Assembly: GCA_002633005.1 (NCBI GenBank)
Contig: NMRA01000008.1
Location: 378,985-442,984, forward strand
Length of the DNA: 64,000 nt
Direction: 5' to 3'
Source: Phoronis australis
Lineage: Eukaryota; Animalia; Phoronida
The position numbers and the translations under genes are program-made. This document shows positions 22,801 to 37,800 of the stretch, piece after piece (the stretch's first letter is position 1; each line of letters opens with the position of its first letter). The notes beneath the pieces were generated by a model. It was not told the DNA's origin and ran no database searches. It worked only from the letters and a program-made list of their open reading frames with translations.

Positions 22801-25800
22801 GGTCTTAATCAAACATTGGTTTTTGTGATGGAAGGTGGGTTAATAGCCACTACAAAGTCTTAAACATAATGCCTGTATGGTTGTAGATCAGCTGAAGACC
22901 TACAAACTTTAACATGCCATTTGGTAGTTTCTGTATAGACTCGTAATTGTGGAACAAAAGGAACATTGCAAACAGGTTAAAGATGTATTACATTGTTACA
23001 TTACACAACTATTTGAAGGCAGATAAATAGAGAATCCTGCACAAGTCAGGTTTATGACATGGGCAAAACCTCTTGGAAATTTCACGTCCTTCAGACTGGG
23101 AGTACGTATGGTTGCGACACCCGATTTGTCAATCACAACCTTGCCACCTTCTCGGAATTCTGGCATTGTTTGGTTGGCGCACGTTTGGTTGTTTTAGTGT
23201 TTTGCAGACGATAAAATGATAGGCGTACGATTTCTACTTTGCACTACTTTGTGATTCGCCCGTGTAATGTGAAAAAAATTACGTACTCGGTGTTATTAAC
23301 CAGTCGTGTCGTAACACATTCCAGGTCATGTGAGAAATACAAGCACGTTGATTTCAAGTTTATTGGAAAGTTTCGATTAGCTTAGTGTATAGTATTTGAC
23401 ATGCATTTTTGTGATAAGCACAAAAGCGTAATTGGATATAGTATTGTTGTACAAGTTTTCTCAAACCATTTCAAAATAACAGGACGGGATGTAAATAATC
23501 AACGACTTGATATTAACTGAGAGGATAACTGTCGGCTTGATAATACGCAGTTCACAGTTTGAAGCTGAAGCTGAGAATATCACTTACAAATTAGTTGACA
23601 TGCATATGTCGCATTTATGTAACATTAGGTATCATAGAACAGGCGAAACAGAACGATACCATGGGTGCAAGTCTGCATAAATATATTATGATGTTTCGCA
23701 ACTCTGCGCAAATTGCTGATCATAAATTTTCCTTTCTGTTGTTATTGTATCCTGAGAAAATTTCAATAAACATGTGGCTTGTTGTCTTCAAATACCCTTA
23801 TGTACTATGTGGTCGCCATTGAGGAATGCGGTTTATTTCAATTCCTCTGAATCACAAATTGGTTATTGTATCGTGACTGGTGAAGCGACGACACCGCCAT
23901 GTTCTATGCTCACTATGATGGGTATTGTATGGTGACTGGTGAAGCGACGACACCGCCATGTTCTATGCTTACTATGATGGTTATTGTATGGTGACTGGTG
24001 AAGCGACGACACCGCCATGTTCTATGCTTACTATGATGGTTATTGTATGGTGACTGGTGAAGCGACGACACCGCCATGTTCTATGCTTACTATGATGGTT
24101 ATTGTATGGTGACTGGTGAAGCGACGACACCGCCATGTTCTATGCTTACTATGATGGTTATTGTATGGTGACTGGTGAAGCGACGACACCGCCATGTTCT
24201 ATGCTCACTATGATGGTTATTGTATGGTGACTGGTGAAGCGACGACACCGCCATGTTCTATGCTCACTATGATAATTACTGTAATAGTTCTTCAATTTGG
24301 GCAAGCAGTTGTTGAAATTGCCTCCCATTTCTATGTTTTTCAAGAGCTCAAAAATTTATTTTTGTTTGAAATTCTGTCAACTGGCAGCATTTAGCGATAG
24401 TTATTACCACACAATGTCTGTGAACCAAAACAGAATTTTCTTAAACGTTATTTTTGTTTAGAATTCCCCAAAATGAAATTTCATGTCTTCCATATTGTTC
24501 CCCATACTGAACATTTTTTACCTCATGTATTGTTCACCAGCCTCTACCACTGACCAAGAAATGTTATTAAATTAAATAAGCACCAGTATGGTGGCGCCTA
24601 AGGCATCTGTTGCATGAAGTGATGAGAAGAACACTGGGATGCTGAACCTTTTTACCTCTCATATTCTTGTCCTTATGTCTTTTGTATGGCCATGTAGCTA
24701 TTTCATGGAAGTTCATGTATATGTAGTCACTGACCTGTAACTTGTTTTGAAAAGTGCTCCCACATCATAACCTGCTGTTGGTGATGTTTGTTTTCCAGCT
24801 CACTGATCCCAAGTGGTGATATGGTAATCTCACTGCCAATGGAGAGCCCATTGGTTCACCTATTTCCCACCTAACCAATTAGCCAGAATTGACCTTTTAT
24901 CCTTTCCAGGGGTTCTAACATTGTGTGAAAGCCTGGTAGTTTTGAAAAAATGTTGTCAGATGTGTTATGGAACTTTAAGCATTAGTTTGGTGCTACTGTT
25001 ATTTTGTGAAAAATGGGAAAATCATGGCCTCACTTGGTTGACATGTTGTGTATATATTGTACTTATTTATTATAGTGACGAGTTCAATTAATTCAAACAA
25101 TTGTAGATATAACATTCTTTAAGAGGAATAAGTAAACAGCCCAGTTGGGCTTAATCATTTTAAACTCAGATATAGTTTTAACCACACAACTCAGCTGTAC
25201 CACAAATGCCACGGTTTCTAAGCAGACTTGATATATACGGTATTCGCCCTAATAAGTGCCCATGCCCCTATAAGCACCCCATACGTTTTCAGACTTCGCT
25301 AAAATAAGCGCCCAGCCCATGAACGTGTACATTGGAAAAATGTCTTACCTACAGTTCTACAATAACGTCTTCAATTTATCAATAAGATCCGACAGTCCTG
25401 AAAAAAATCATTGTGTGCAGAATTTGTAGACCAGGAGCCTCACCGCTATGTTGGTATTTAGCCTTGACTATACAATTCAAACTTCCACCGTGCTTCAAGC
25501 AGAAAGCAAAAGTTTTGCTGATCTTGTGAGTGACGTGTCCTATTATAGTCTGGTCTTCCAGAACAGACGCAGCGTACTTGAGAGAACAATCAAAAAAAAA
25601 AATGTAGCTCATCATCCACAGAACCAGAGTCACAACGCAAGCAAAGTTTTTCACTTGCAGGAGTGTTTACGTAACGACCAGTTTCCAAGTGCAATGGGAG
25701 ATTGTCTGCTCTAACCTGAGCCAAAAGAGATTGATCGGAACGAGATAATTTAAGCTTCACATACGGTTCAATTAAAAACTCGTGCTTCAATAATTTGGTG

Positions 25801-28800
25801 AGATTTCACTGTATTTAGAATTTGGTATGGCTGGTGAGATTTTGACTTATACTACTTTTCTCCAGGATTTGTACATAACATACGGAAAGGTCTAGCATCT
25901 TATTGATATTGAAATATCAATTTTTTTAAATGATCTCATTTTAATGATTAAAATGTTTTCAAGTGCTCACGCTTTGTTGATGCTGTCGGCCCTCATTCAT
26001 ATGGGCTGTCAAAGTTTTTTTGCACCTTATGAATATGTTTGTTTTTGTAAACGCCCATCTGTAGGAATTTTTTTTCTAACAAAATGCATGCAATTCATTT
26101 ACCTAACAAACTGTAGGGTGAAAAGTTTCCTCAAATTAGAACAAAAATAAAAGCAAAAATTTTAGTTTTTTCAAATGGTCACTGTTTTGCCAAAAATGTT
26201 CAAAATTTCATTGTGTGTTGGTGGCAGCCGTACTATATAAAGTGTACGAATAATCAAGTAAGTCTTCTTCTTTACACGTGTAGAAAATTTTCCTGTTCAG
26301 CGTATTCTGATTTGAAAAAAATTATAGTGCTTGTCTATGCTCTGTATTTCACCACTGTTTTACTTGTTTCGTGAGCTAGCTGAGATTTATGCAAATTGGC
26401 CATTATGTAACCAATAGCTGATTTTCGAAGTAGTCACACCCTGTTGAAATTCATTATACCGCCAGACGCCGACGGAAATCAGGTTTTTGGTGGACAGGCG
26501 TTCAGCGCCACCTGCAGATATAATTTGAACTGGAAGTTTCAGCGTACTTGTGTTAACAGTGTTTTAACACCCTGTTATTATGAGGCTGGCAATTTCCGCT
26601 GTTGTGTGGTGGAGTGTAGTAATGGGTCTCAGAAAAAGGCAAACCTCTTGAAATATTCATCAATGAAGGACGTCACATTCCACACATTTTTCACTGCAGA
26701 GAAAAATTTGCGGCTATGAAGTCACCAGTCTTTGACTGATAAAGCGGAGAATTTCATTTCCAGCCGATGTAAAAGAAAGTGAACTCGCCCTTAATCAAAT
26801 CATGGGAGGCTCTAATTTACTCCTTTGTTTTTAATTAAGGAACCACTATTTAGTAATTGAATTTCTGTCCACTGAATCTTGAGTCGGCGTGACATTCGCT
26901 TTTGCACTCTCATTAGTCTAGAGAGTGTTAATATGAAATGTCCGCTAGTTGGTTGGTTATGTAAATGTCCAACTTGACGTAATTTTAATAAACTTTGTTC
27001 TTACTTTACGTGTTAATATGCTTGGCGTTGAGCCAGATGAAAAAGGTATTTTTTGATTCATAAGATAGAACTAAATTTCACACTCTCATTAGTCTAGAGA
27101 GCGATGAAACGTCCGCTATTTGGTTGGTCAGGTAAATGTCCAACTTGACTTAATTTTAAGATACTTTGTTCTTACTTTACATGTCAATTCACTTGGTGTT
27201 TAGCTGGATGCAAGATATTTTTTTAGATTCATAAAGTACAACTCATTTCACGCGAGTGTAACATTTCATGCGCATGCTGTTGTTGCTGACACCATTTTGA
27301 CTGATTGTCTGCTGCTTTCCTTGGTAGCCAATCACAATGCTGTTTGCCTGCTACTAAAAGAGTTGTTTAATTTGAAGCGACATGCATGTGATTAAGTAAT
27401 TGTGCACAAATTAGCACAATACAAGCAATTAACCCAGTGCTTGTTATCGTTTGATTTGACGTAAAAGTAGGTTAGCCATCTAGAGATACATTTCAGTATG
27501 GAGCAGTTCACTCAAACATGTCTGGCCAAGTGGCTTCACTCTGCTTAACTGAAATTTCTGTTTTACTGTCTGCAAAATTCGTTATTGGCTGCATTTCAGC
27601 AGTCTTGTTGGTGCTAACTGGGAATGTATATGGTAAAATCTCGCAATATGGCCGACAAGTGTAATTTTATTTTTTCAATTTTCTATAAAAGATAAGCGCC
27701 ACAAAATATATGCTATAAAATATCTTAAGATCTATATCATAGCTACCACGAGACAGCAATTCTGAGAAATTGTGCCCTTTCTTAGAAATCTTTTAAAAAT
27801 GAAATAGAAAAAGACCAATTTTAGTAACTTTTGTCCAAAATTGGCGAATTTCTACCATAACAGTATTTAGTGAGAGATTTGTCAATTCATTGTTTAAAAT
27901 ATAGCTTATTTTTAAATATACAAGCGCCACATTAAAAATGTTGTCACCAACAGGAGATTGTGTAATCAAGTTCACATTCACAGGAAACGAAACAAACTTT
28001 CAATCTTTGCTGTAAAAAGCGATTTCCAGTTCAGTTTTTTCAGGTGTTTGCAACTTGCACGAATCCTGTGATTTCCTGGCAACTTGAAATTTTTACCAGG
28101 TCGCTAAACAAATTCTGAGGTTGTGCCCTATTGCTTGAATATTTTAGATATATGATCTAGAAAGTATTGAAGAAAATTGTTGTTTTGTACATGCCATTGC
28201 TTTGATATGCATGCACTTTCTACAACAGTTTTTGTGAAATTTGATTAAAAATAAAATTGTCATTTACCGTAATCGTTCGGGTTAACGCCCTGGGCGGTTA
28301 AATTGGCGAATCCAAAAAATCGGGGGAGGGCGGTTAACCGAGCAGTGGGCGGTTAAATCGAAAATCCACTTAAAAGTCGGGGATGGGCGGTTAACCGAGC
28401 ATGGGCGTTAACCTGAACGATTACGATATCTCATAAGTGGTAGATTTGTGTAAAACCCAAAATCATATTTTATAAGCATTTCATTTCGAATAAATGTCTT
28501 TGATGACGTGTCAAATTCTGTAGTGTTTTGGCTTAATACGCAGACTTTCCACAGTGGGCCTTTTCATAAACTAAATTACATTACATCTTTACAAATGAAA
28601 TCACTTGTCACTTATCAGTGATTTACTACAAGGGTTTATTATTAGTTCTGCAAAAGGATTACCCCAGTTTAACAATTAGTTAACATCCCAATATGCCTGA
28701 TTATGACAAGATTAGAACCATGTGGTGTGTTCATAATCCTTCAAATTCTATTAAGTGATGTGTCAATGTTATTTGCAGTTTACGGATGAAATTGTTTTAG

Positions 28801-31800
28801 CAACGTCGCACTTTTATGACATCTACGTATGGCATGCGCCCTGATGCCCACACGTGAAATTTCATGTGTCTTTCATCTTTAGTGCCTGTGTCCCTGTGTA
28901 CGCCATTTTCACCAGAATTTTAGTGAAATCCCACCAATTTCAGACAAAACTAATTGTCAAAATTGATTATTTTCCATCATACAAAGAATTCTGACATTGT
29001 TGTGAATGCCTAGAATTTCTCAAAACATTGTCAGATGGTGGCTGTGTTATAAAACTGATGAAGTATTTATTTGGTGCTACTTATCTTTTACGAAAAAATT
29101 TAAAATTTATACATAAAATTTCACTTGCCTGCCATATTGTATCAATTTCAGGAGAGCCTTGTCTTATTTGAATGAGAAATGTTTTCCTGCTCTGCCGAAG
29201 GAGACATGTTCTTTTGACTCGGGCACATTCTCAATGCGCTATGTTCGGTACTCTTGATCCTACACCTGTGCAAAAAGATACTGAAGACATTCACTTGAGG
29301 ACATATCAAGGTCTATACATATGCATAATGCCATTTGCTCATTCACCCTGCTGGACTATCCTGCGTGATCAATCTATTCTAGTCAGTGAGCTGCTTACTA
29401 CAACACTACAATTTGCTGATGATTTATTTGATTCTATCTATGGTGTAAAGTCTGATTTCTATGTAGTTCCCTGAGGGTTTTCTAGGTCAATCTTTCGGGT
29501 AAGCGCCCTCTGACTGCTAAAAAATTTCCTGGGTAGCGGGGTGGTCAGTGGGATTTTTGAAATACGCCATTACTATATATTTATTATTTTACAACTGAAA
29601 TCGTGTGGTTACTTATTGAAATGTTTTTGAAAATACTAAACCGAGTTCAACGAGTGTAAAAAAATTACGTCATCGCCAGCTCATTACGCTTAAGGTATCC
29701 ACATGGCAGGTGTTTGGATTATATAGTATTAAATACTGATACAGGTGTTGTGAGGCGCTTTAGTATCGGCTTTCTAATTGCTGTAACATGCTTTTAGTCA
29801 GTGCATATGGCGTTTGTGGCTATCTCACTTTGGAAACTCTAGTCTATCAAAACTCCAGTGGTCCCTTTACCTTTCGCAGTTACTCTTCTGTGACAAGCAA
29901 CGTTGGAATTATTCGTAGTTCAGGAGTCTGTTTCTCGGAGACATTTTAGCCAAAAGTTAAAAATCTGACTACGTATAGCTAAAAGGTGACTTTTTGTCCT
30001 TTGAATTTCTCAAAATGTACTGTCTTCCGTCTAGTTGAGCAGATTACGGATTTCTGTCTTTTGACTTTGAGTTTTAGATGGATTTCCTGACTTTCAGGTT
30101 TTGCATATTACGGATTGGATTGCTTCACTTCCTGTTGTCATGGCAACCAATGAGTGGCTTTGTGATGATAAACTCTCAACAGTATCCGGATTGTCTTTTG
30201 TTAATTGCTGACGATAGTGTTACACAAGGAGAGTTAAATGTCGTGAGCTATTCCAAAAACGAAAACAATCAGTGTCTCTCGCTTTTCAGCATGTTGCCCA
30301 TATCCTTAAACACGAACGTCAATAACTGAGTGGTTGCAGTGTGGTTCAGCATGATATAACACACAGACTACTTTTAATTTGCAAAAAAAGTTTGATGCAC
30401 GAAGCAAATCCCTGTTTAGACAGTGCATAATGACACAGCTCAGGATGATTTGGGTATCAAAGGGAATTAACACACAAACAGTGGGAAGGTGGAAGTTGTC
30501 GGCAGAAAGGTGGAGTGGGCATACTCAGGGTTACAAATGATGGGAGTCGTAGTTTTTGTTGAGAAAGAGAAAATGAGAGGGCGGGGTGCTTAAATTTCCT
30601 CCAACATAGCATTGCAAATTGATAGTGTATCCTGACTGCCTGGACGGCCTACTGGATCCGCAGCTGTGAACATAGTGAGTATGCTTAATGTTTTCAGGAT
30701 CATGAGATGTGAAAGACTGTTTCATAATACAACCATATCCAGTTTTCAATGGAACTATGCTATGCTGTCAACATAAGTTGGGTTCCATAATTTGATTTAT
30801 TGGAGCTTGAGGATCCCAATATCAGCTTGAGCTCATTAACTCTGTTGACACTAAACCTCTGTCCACACACAGCCCACCATAGAACAACTCGCACTTAAGT
30901 GCAACTTACACCACTTTTAAGTGGAGCGTGCACACACACACACACACATCCGATAACTAGGGTACGGCAAAAGTTGTCGCACTGTTTGTGACACTGAACA
31001 CCTAATGCGAGTACGGCTGCAAAAGGGAACACATCTGTATGTAAGCGCAACTGATAATTAATTCTGCCTTGCCCCAGGTTTGCAAGAATTTGGAGTGGCG
31101 CAAGTTACCCAAAACAAGTTACCCTACCTCAATAAGGTGGAGTATGTTAAGTTGGGTAAGTTGCGCTAGTTTAAATAGCATCCAAACAACACTGAAACCT
31201 AGTGACAACTCTGTTCCAGTATTATCTTGTTCTAGGTTAAGTCTATATGTGGACAGCACTACAAAGTCATCAAAGAGTGATTAGTAATCGTCTGTGTGAA
31301 AACTACAAACTGCTTGATAGCACTTGACTTGAGCCCTTGTTAAGTGTGTTACAGTTGATCAGGATCAGTAAATATATCATTAATTTCGTACAAAAATACT
31401 CCAGTTGTCTTTTTTTGTTTTTCGACTGAGGTTCCGCTCAATTTTTCCAAACATGTACTGGTAACTACTGCGTAAGCAACTTGTCTGTGCTACAGCATTG
31501 CTTTTGCGCCACTTGTTTTTCACAGAAAAATGAGAAAATATAATCTCATCTTGTGCCTGAAATTGCTGAGATTTTACCTAATTTTGTTTCATGAAGTCCA
31601 TATCTAGGCCATGCGTGTGATAGCAATGCTCTTTTTAAATGGTGACGACCTATTACTGAGGAGGTGCTACCTTGGGGCTTCTATCAGAAACAAAAAGTTT
31701 GAAAAGGTCCTTGTGGGGACTGGAAATGGGGCAAATTGATTTCTCAACTTAAGTATGTTCCTTAAAAAGACTGTCGAAAAATTTAATGTTATCAATCAGA

Positions 31801-34800
31801 CTTGACTTTTAAATTAAACCCTCGGTGCTATTTTAAGTCCATGGCCGATCATTTCACTGTGGTTAGCAAAACAACTTTCGAAAAGAGCCCCTCTATATTT
31901 TTGTCCCCTGGAACTTGTTTGGTACAAAATGTTTTCAGAAAAACGGACATTTCCGAAACAACCGCAAAGCGTTTTTTTCTGCAAATTCCTGATATCTTCA
32001 TTGCTAGTCTTACCGTGGAATAATAATTCCCTTGGTGTTCTTTGATACAACATCCTTAGGGAAAATCTTTTGTTTGTGAAGAGATATTTAAGTGGCATAG
32101 CAAACTGTTTGCTCAAGATGTTACATGTAGGTAAGAGGGGTGTCTCTTGTTGTAACAAGGCTAAATAATCAGTCAGTGTTAGGTCATGTTGCATGGAATC
32201 CCTCAATCTTTCTCAACTGGGATGTTTACTGAGATAATGAGAACCCTTGTGTACTTCATTGCATAACAAGAGTGACCCTTAATCATTGGTAAGCAACAGG
32301 CAGTAAAGCTAAATGGTGTTAATCTTAAAACCTCTCATTGAACACATTACTCAAATTTGTACAAAAATCTTTACTCAGTTTGGTGACACCTTAAATCGTA
32401 ACATGAGATTTGTATCATCAGCATGTTGCATTGGCATCACTGTGTTTGGAGAATTTAGTTCTCGCACTTTTTCCTGACTTCATCCTGTAGGAGACCCACT
32501 TAAATTGAAGTGGTTTAAATCAATAGCTGGATTATATGGTGGAAGGTGGGTATGCACTTTAAACATTAGAAAGTCCTTATTCTAAGGGGTTCCCATGTTA
32601 ATGATAACAATAGTGATAATAATGGTAATGATAATGATTTTAATGTTAATGTTGATGATAATAATAAAATCTTATCTAGGTATTTGATTACTCATGATCA
32701 TTCACTCTATAAAATTCATATTGTATGTATAACAAATCAGTACTCGACAACATAGAGCCTCTTCCTAGGTTCTAATAACATGACAAAAAATTTGGGCACA
32801 GTAGAAATTCCTTGGTGTATTTCAAGTATCTGTCTTGGGAGGAGTGTAGTGCTAGCGGAATGTCGGCGACGGGAAACTATTCATGAGGCAGTAATTTTTT
32901 AAAATTCTTAATTTCGCAAATTTGAGGTACGCAGTATTACGTATTAGTGTGGTTCCGTTTATAAGCGCTGCTGGTCTCGGAATGAGCGCCAGGTAAAATC
33001 CAGTTAAAAACACCATTGGGAAATGAAACCATGTCTCAAATAATTAGGGAGGATTGTTGGATAGATGCGTGTGAATTTTTAAAAATCATGAATCACATAA
33101 TGGCAGTTTCAAAAATTTCTACAATATGCAGCAGCCAGTCCCTGCACTGGTCTCGGGGATATGGTTGTCAAGAAGGCGAACGCTGTTCAAAACAATACCT
33201 ATTAAAATTGATGAAAATTTATCAATCATACCATGCAGTTGATAGCAACGGTGAACTGGGTAAAATCAATTCCATAACAAAACGAGGGAAACGAACGCTG
33301 TTCAAAACCGTGTATATTCAAATTGATAAAAATTTACCGCACATACCATGCAGTTGATAACAACAGTGAACTAGGAAAAAATCAGTTCCACAGTAGAACA
33401 TGAACCATTAAGAGCTGCAGTTTTCATAGATGGCGCTGCAACAGGCTTTAACTTATGAACTTAACACATATGAAAGGTCACCATTTTCAACAGTCGAGGA
33501 AGTAGCCTTATTTTCATTGTGACCGCTTATTTTAAGTACGCTGGTTGCATACGTCCACGGAAACGCCATCTTTACTTGCTCCCCCCCTCCACCATATGCC
33601 CTGACTTCATGTGAAATATTTCCACCTGCGTCTGGCATTAAGTTTCTGCGTTGCGTATCTTTTTGCATGCAAAGTTTTTCATTATGTGTAGATATACCCG
33701 TGACAAATCAACTGTCTATTAACTTTGTCTACTTGATTGCTCTGCTGTTAGGCTGCCTAATGACTATTGGGCGTTACTCAGTGGACATTTTTACCAAGTC
33801 TTCCATAAATTTGTTTGTGTTTGGTTTTCTTATTTTTATATTTTCATGCTTGAGATTGTACTTCTGATCTGGTTCACCTGAAGTGTTTAATGATCACAAA
33901 TCCTGAATAGCTCAAGGTCTATTGTTTTTGGTTTCTCGAGAGCTGTATGAAACGTGGCATTGGTTTCCTGCTATAACTGACAGTCCACGAGTTATTTGAG
34001 ATTTTCTGACAACTGTTTTTTTATTGATGGGCAATTCCATTTGTGATGGACGTACAATCACAGAACATTTTGATCAATTGATAAAAAAAATGTTCATTCT
34101 AGGAAAATAATTAATACATCACTTGATAGGTCTCACTGATAGCTTTCAAAGCATGTATCAACTTTTCCCCTATCTTTTAATCTGACTGAGAAAATTACCT
34201 TTAAAGGGGTGTGACGGACATACGCAGAGAATTTGGATTTTTAAAAATTTTTTTTTAACGTTAACTTAATTTTCTGTGAGTTGCATTAAGTTAAATTTTT
34301 TTGTAACAACAGTTTTGTATGATGATATAGTGGAATGTTTGCAAAGTACAACACACTAATTTTTTGATGATATCTTTCTAGAAATTTTTGTCAGATAGCT
34401 CGATAGAACTTCAGTTAGTGTGACGGATGTACGTGATGAACGTACCATCTGAATTTCTAGTATTAAATTGTTTGTTGTGACTAAGATATCAACTTAAAAT
34501 GATTCAAACTTTTGCAGTACTTAAGCTATGTTGGTCTTTTGCTACTAATTCAATGTTTTTAAGTAAAATGTACCGATTGACCTTTCATACGAAATCATCA
34601 CAGGTAGGCCTGTGCTAGGAATATACTCTAGGATTTTAACTTTTCAACACATTCAATTAAAGATATAAAACAACCACCTAAAATCTTCCCTTCCCTTTCA
34701 AGATGGTAAGCCGTATAGGTGGAAATGAGAGTGATAATCATTTTGTATTTGGCAGCTACTAGTTATCAGGAAAACCTGTCTTTATGTGTTAAATAAAATA

Positions 34801-37800
34801 CTAATTCAAAACCAATAAGTAAATGTGACTGTCAAAATTTAAAATCTGAAGTAAAATTTTAAAACATTACTAACCACTTTCCCAAAAACACATTTTAATT
34901 AATTGTTTTTTAAACTAGAACTCGCCCTATAATCGCATAAAATTATTCTGTGGACCATGCCGTTGATGGTTCTGATGCATGCTATGTAAGTAATAATCAT
35001 GGGTTTTTTAAAAGTATTAGTAACAGGACTTCAGTATTTCCTTAAAGCAAAGTGTGAAGAATGGTTTAGTAGACAACATCGACTTATGGCAAACATACTT
35101 TGATAAAGATCACCTGTGCTGTCTGTGAAAACAAGACATTTTTTAATTAATTGCATTTAGGATTATGATTTAGGAATATGTAGAACTAACTTATCAGATA
35201 TTGGTTTCTATTTAGTGATTAGCATGATTAGGTTTTAATCCAGCTCTTTAACTCATGCCTTCTTTTCAAATTTAAGGAGAGGCTGTTTTAAATAATGTCA
35301 CATCACAGTACGCACAAGTACAATTATGAATTTCTTGATTCATGATGGCATTTTTTTGAGTTTTAAAAAACATTCGGGCAGGTATTTTTTCTTCTCCCAG
35401 TTGCATCTGTTCTGTTGGTGGTCTCCAACAATTTCCTATTATCGTTTCTAACCGCCAATTTAATATCCTGGAAGCTCAGCAGAAAAAAGATTAGTCTAAT
35501 TTTTAAAAAGATTGAGGGATCAAAAATACGTAAGATGAGATAATGTAATCATTTACTTTGAATCATTTCTTACAAGCCACCCAATGATCCAGTACACTGA
35601 AAAACTTATAAGGGTAAATACAATCAGTGAGGCTGTGATAGAAATGCTCAATAAAGTAGGTGAAAGGTTTCTACCGCTTAAAAATGCCCAGTATAGGCTT
35701 TTCAACACCCAACACGGCATAGCAGGTCAGAGCAGAATTAACATGTTCATTCCAGCACAATAGCAACTTGACATGTATTCCTTTAGGTCTCTTGTTATTT
35801 ATACTCTAGAACACCTTAGGAATTCTTTTGTATGAAGATTTTGCATCTTGAATTTCCCAAAAGCTAAGCATTTCTTTACAAGCACGGACTAAAAACAGAT
35901 AAACAATAAGTTCATTAAATTAGCATTTTGTTTTTATTTACATTTTACAATATGGGCCAACTGTCTGATTTTATTAAGTTGAATTCTACGAAGATTAACT
36001 AGATGACATTGTAAACTTAAGCCTTTCTGCAAATACTTTTGAAATTGAAAAAATCCATTGCATTTAGTTTAAATTTGTAGCAACTTATTCACACATAATT
36101 TTAAAGCTGCCTTTTGTAATATTTTATTGTTTTAAATTTGTTAGGTGTGTGATACATTTTATCTTCTGCAAGTTTAGAATGAAAATATATGACCTGAGGT
36201 TACTTTTATTTGCTGAAATATTATTTCATGGGTCTGACGGACGTACGTGACGGACGTACAAATTTGCTGTCCATCTATCATGCAATTTCTGACTTAAAGA
36301 AATATCCCTGGGATCTAAAGTTTTGGTCAATAGTATTTAGTAACAAGTTAAAAGAGAATCTGAAATTATTTTAATTTTGATTGAAAACTTTTAAAGTAAC
36401 TAAACTTTTTAACACTTTTTTGTGATGGCCGTACCGCACCATGATATACAGGAGTTGACCTTTGATCCCAAGAGGTCGATGATGTGCCAAAGTTGAAATG
36501 TTATTTTTTATAAAGTTTGGGGTTCATCTGATTGCACAAATTTGATAGCATAGTGAAATACCCATAATTAGCTTTTTACGACAATAATTAGCAACACACA
36601 TGAAAATCAAGCTAAGTTTTAAGGCTCAAGTGACCCCCAAAAATGGGTCCATTTAGACCAAAAATTGAAAGTTATAGGACAATCAAATATGAGTCCTCAA
36701 ACTAGAGAGAATGGGCTTTCAGATGAGACCAGAAATGTTAGTGTAGCCACAATTTTAATTTTTTGTCTCGAGGTTGACCTTTTCACGGAATTACCCTGAC
36801 GTTCTTGCCAAAGCTGTGGCATCCATTGTGCATCTTTCTGTAAGTTGGTGTTTGAATGATAGATCTTGGCAAACACTCATTAATTGTATCGAACATACCT
36901 AGAACATATTAATATTTTTTGTTGGAAATTTTACAGTAATTAATGTCAAGGTTCTCATCAACACGCTTTAGGTTTGGCCTGTCACTGGGGATTGAGAGCG
37001 AGAAATCCGTCATTTTCTGATGTAGCATATGTTGGTATGTGAAATATATAGCGTAACTGCATGCCGGTGTGATAAAGTACACAATTTCCATAACCACTCG
37101 TGTTTGGTTCTGTTATTAATGTATTCATGCTGGCTAATGATTCAGACTTAGTGATTTCACTTGGCTCACAATGCAGGTCAAAACTCTTTTTGAATCATCA
37201 AAAATTACCCCATGAAATCTCACAGATACTATTCATACTTGATAGTGATGTGCCGTAGAATTGGTGGCATTGAGGGATTTCTACCTTGAACAAACTACAA
37301 GATACTTACCTTGCTGCTAAGGTAGGATCGTGGCCATCCTTTCATTGCAAAAAGTCATCTTTCCACTAAAAACTCTTTTTAACTTGACATTTGCCCCCTT
37401 CTGGTTCATTCTAAAAGTGCCCCCAGATAGCCAGTCATTTCAACGCCCCTGCCCAGTTGCCAGTAATTTCGTGAGTTATCCCCCCTTTTGAATATTTCTA
37501 GCTATCAGTGGATAAAAGTATGACTAGGATGCTACAGTTTCGTGTAACTCAGCTTAAGTTTATAGGTAAAGTTCTCCAGTTTGAGACCGTGAAAAATTAA
37601 ATATTTTGCCAGGATGGCCATTCTACCAAAATGTCAACGCTTTTTTACGATTTTATGAACTACCACGCCAATTTTCAGATTCTGATAATGCATTGTTCCA
37701 AATTTAATAAACGACAAAAATTGCCCATGTCCCAATCTTTAGAGTCGAGAAGCCCTGTAATTTTGGATTGAATTTCAGTGTCCCAGAGACTGACCCTAAC

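Noticed and set aside
23861-24273. CRISPR-like array
   Set aside because: Head-to-tail identical units with no unique spacers, no cas genes, eukaryotic context
37304-37320. ATACTTACCT resembling the U1 snRNA 5' end
   Set aside because: No further U1 similarity or Sm site; short chance match
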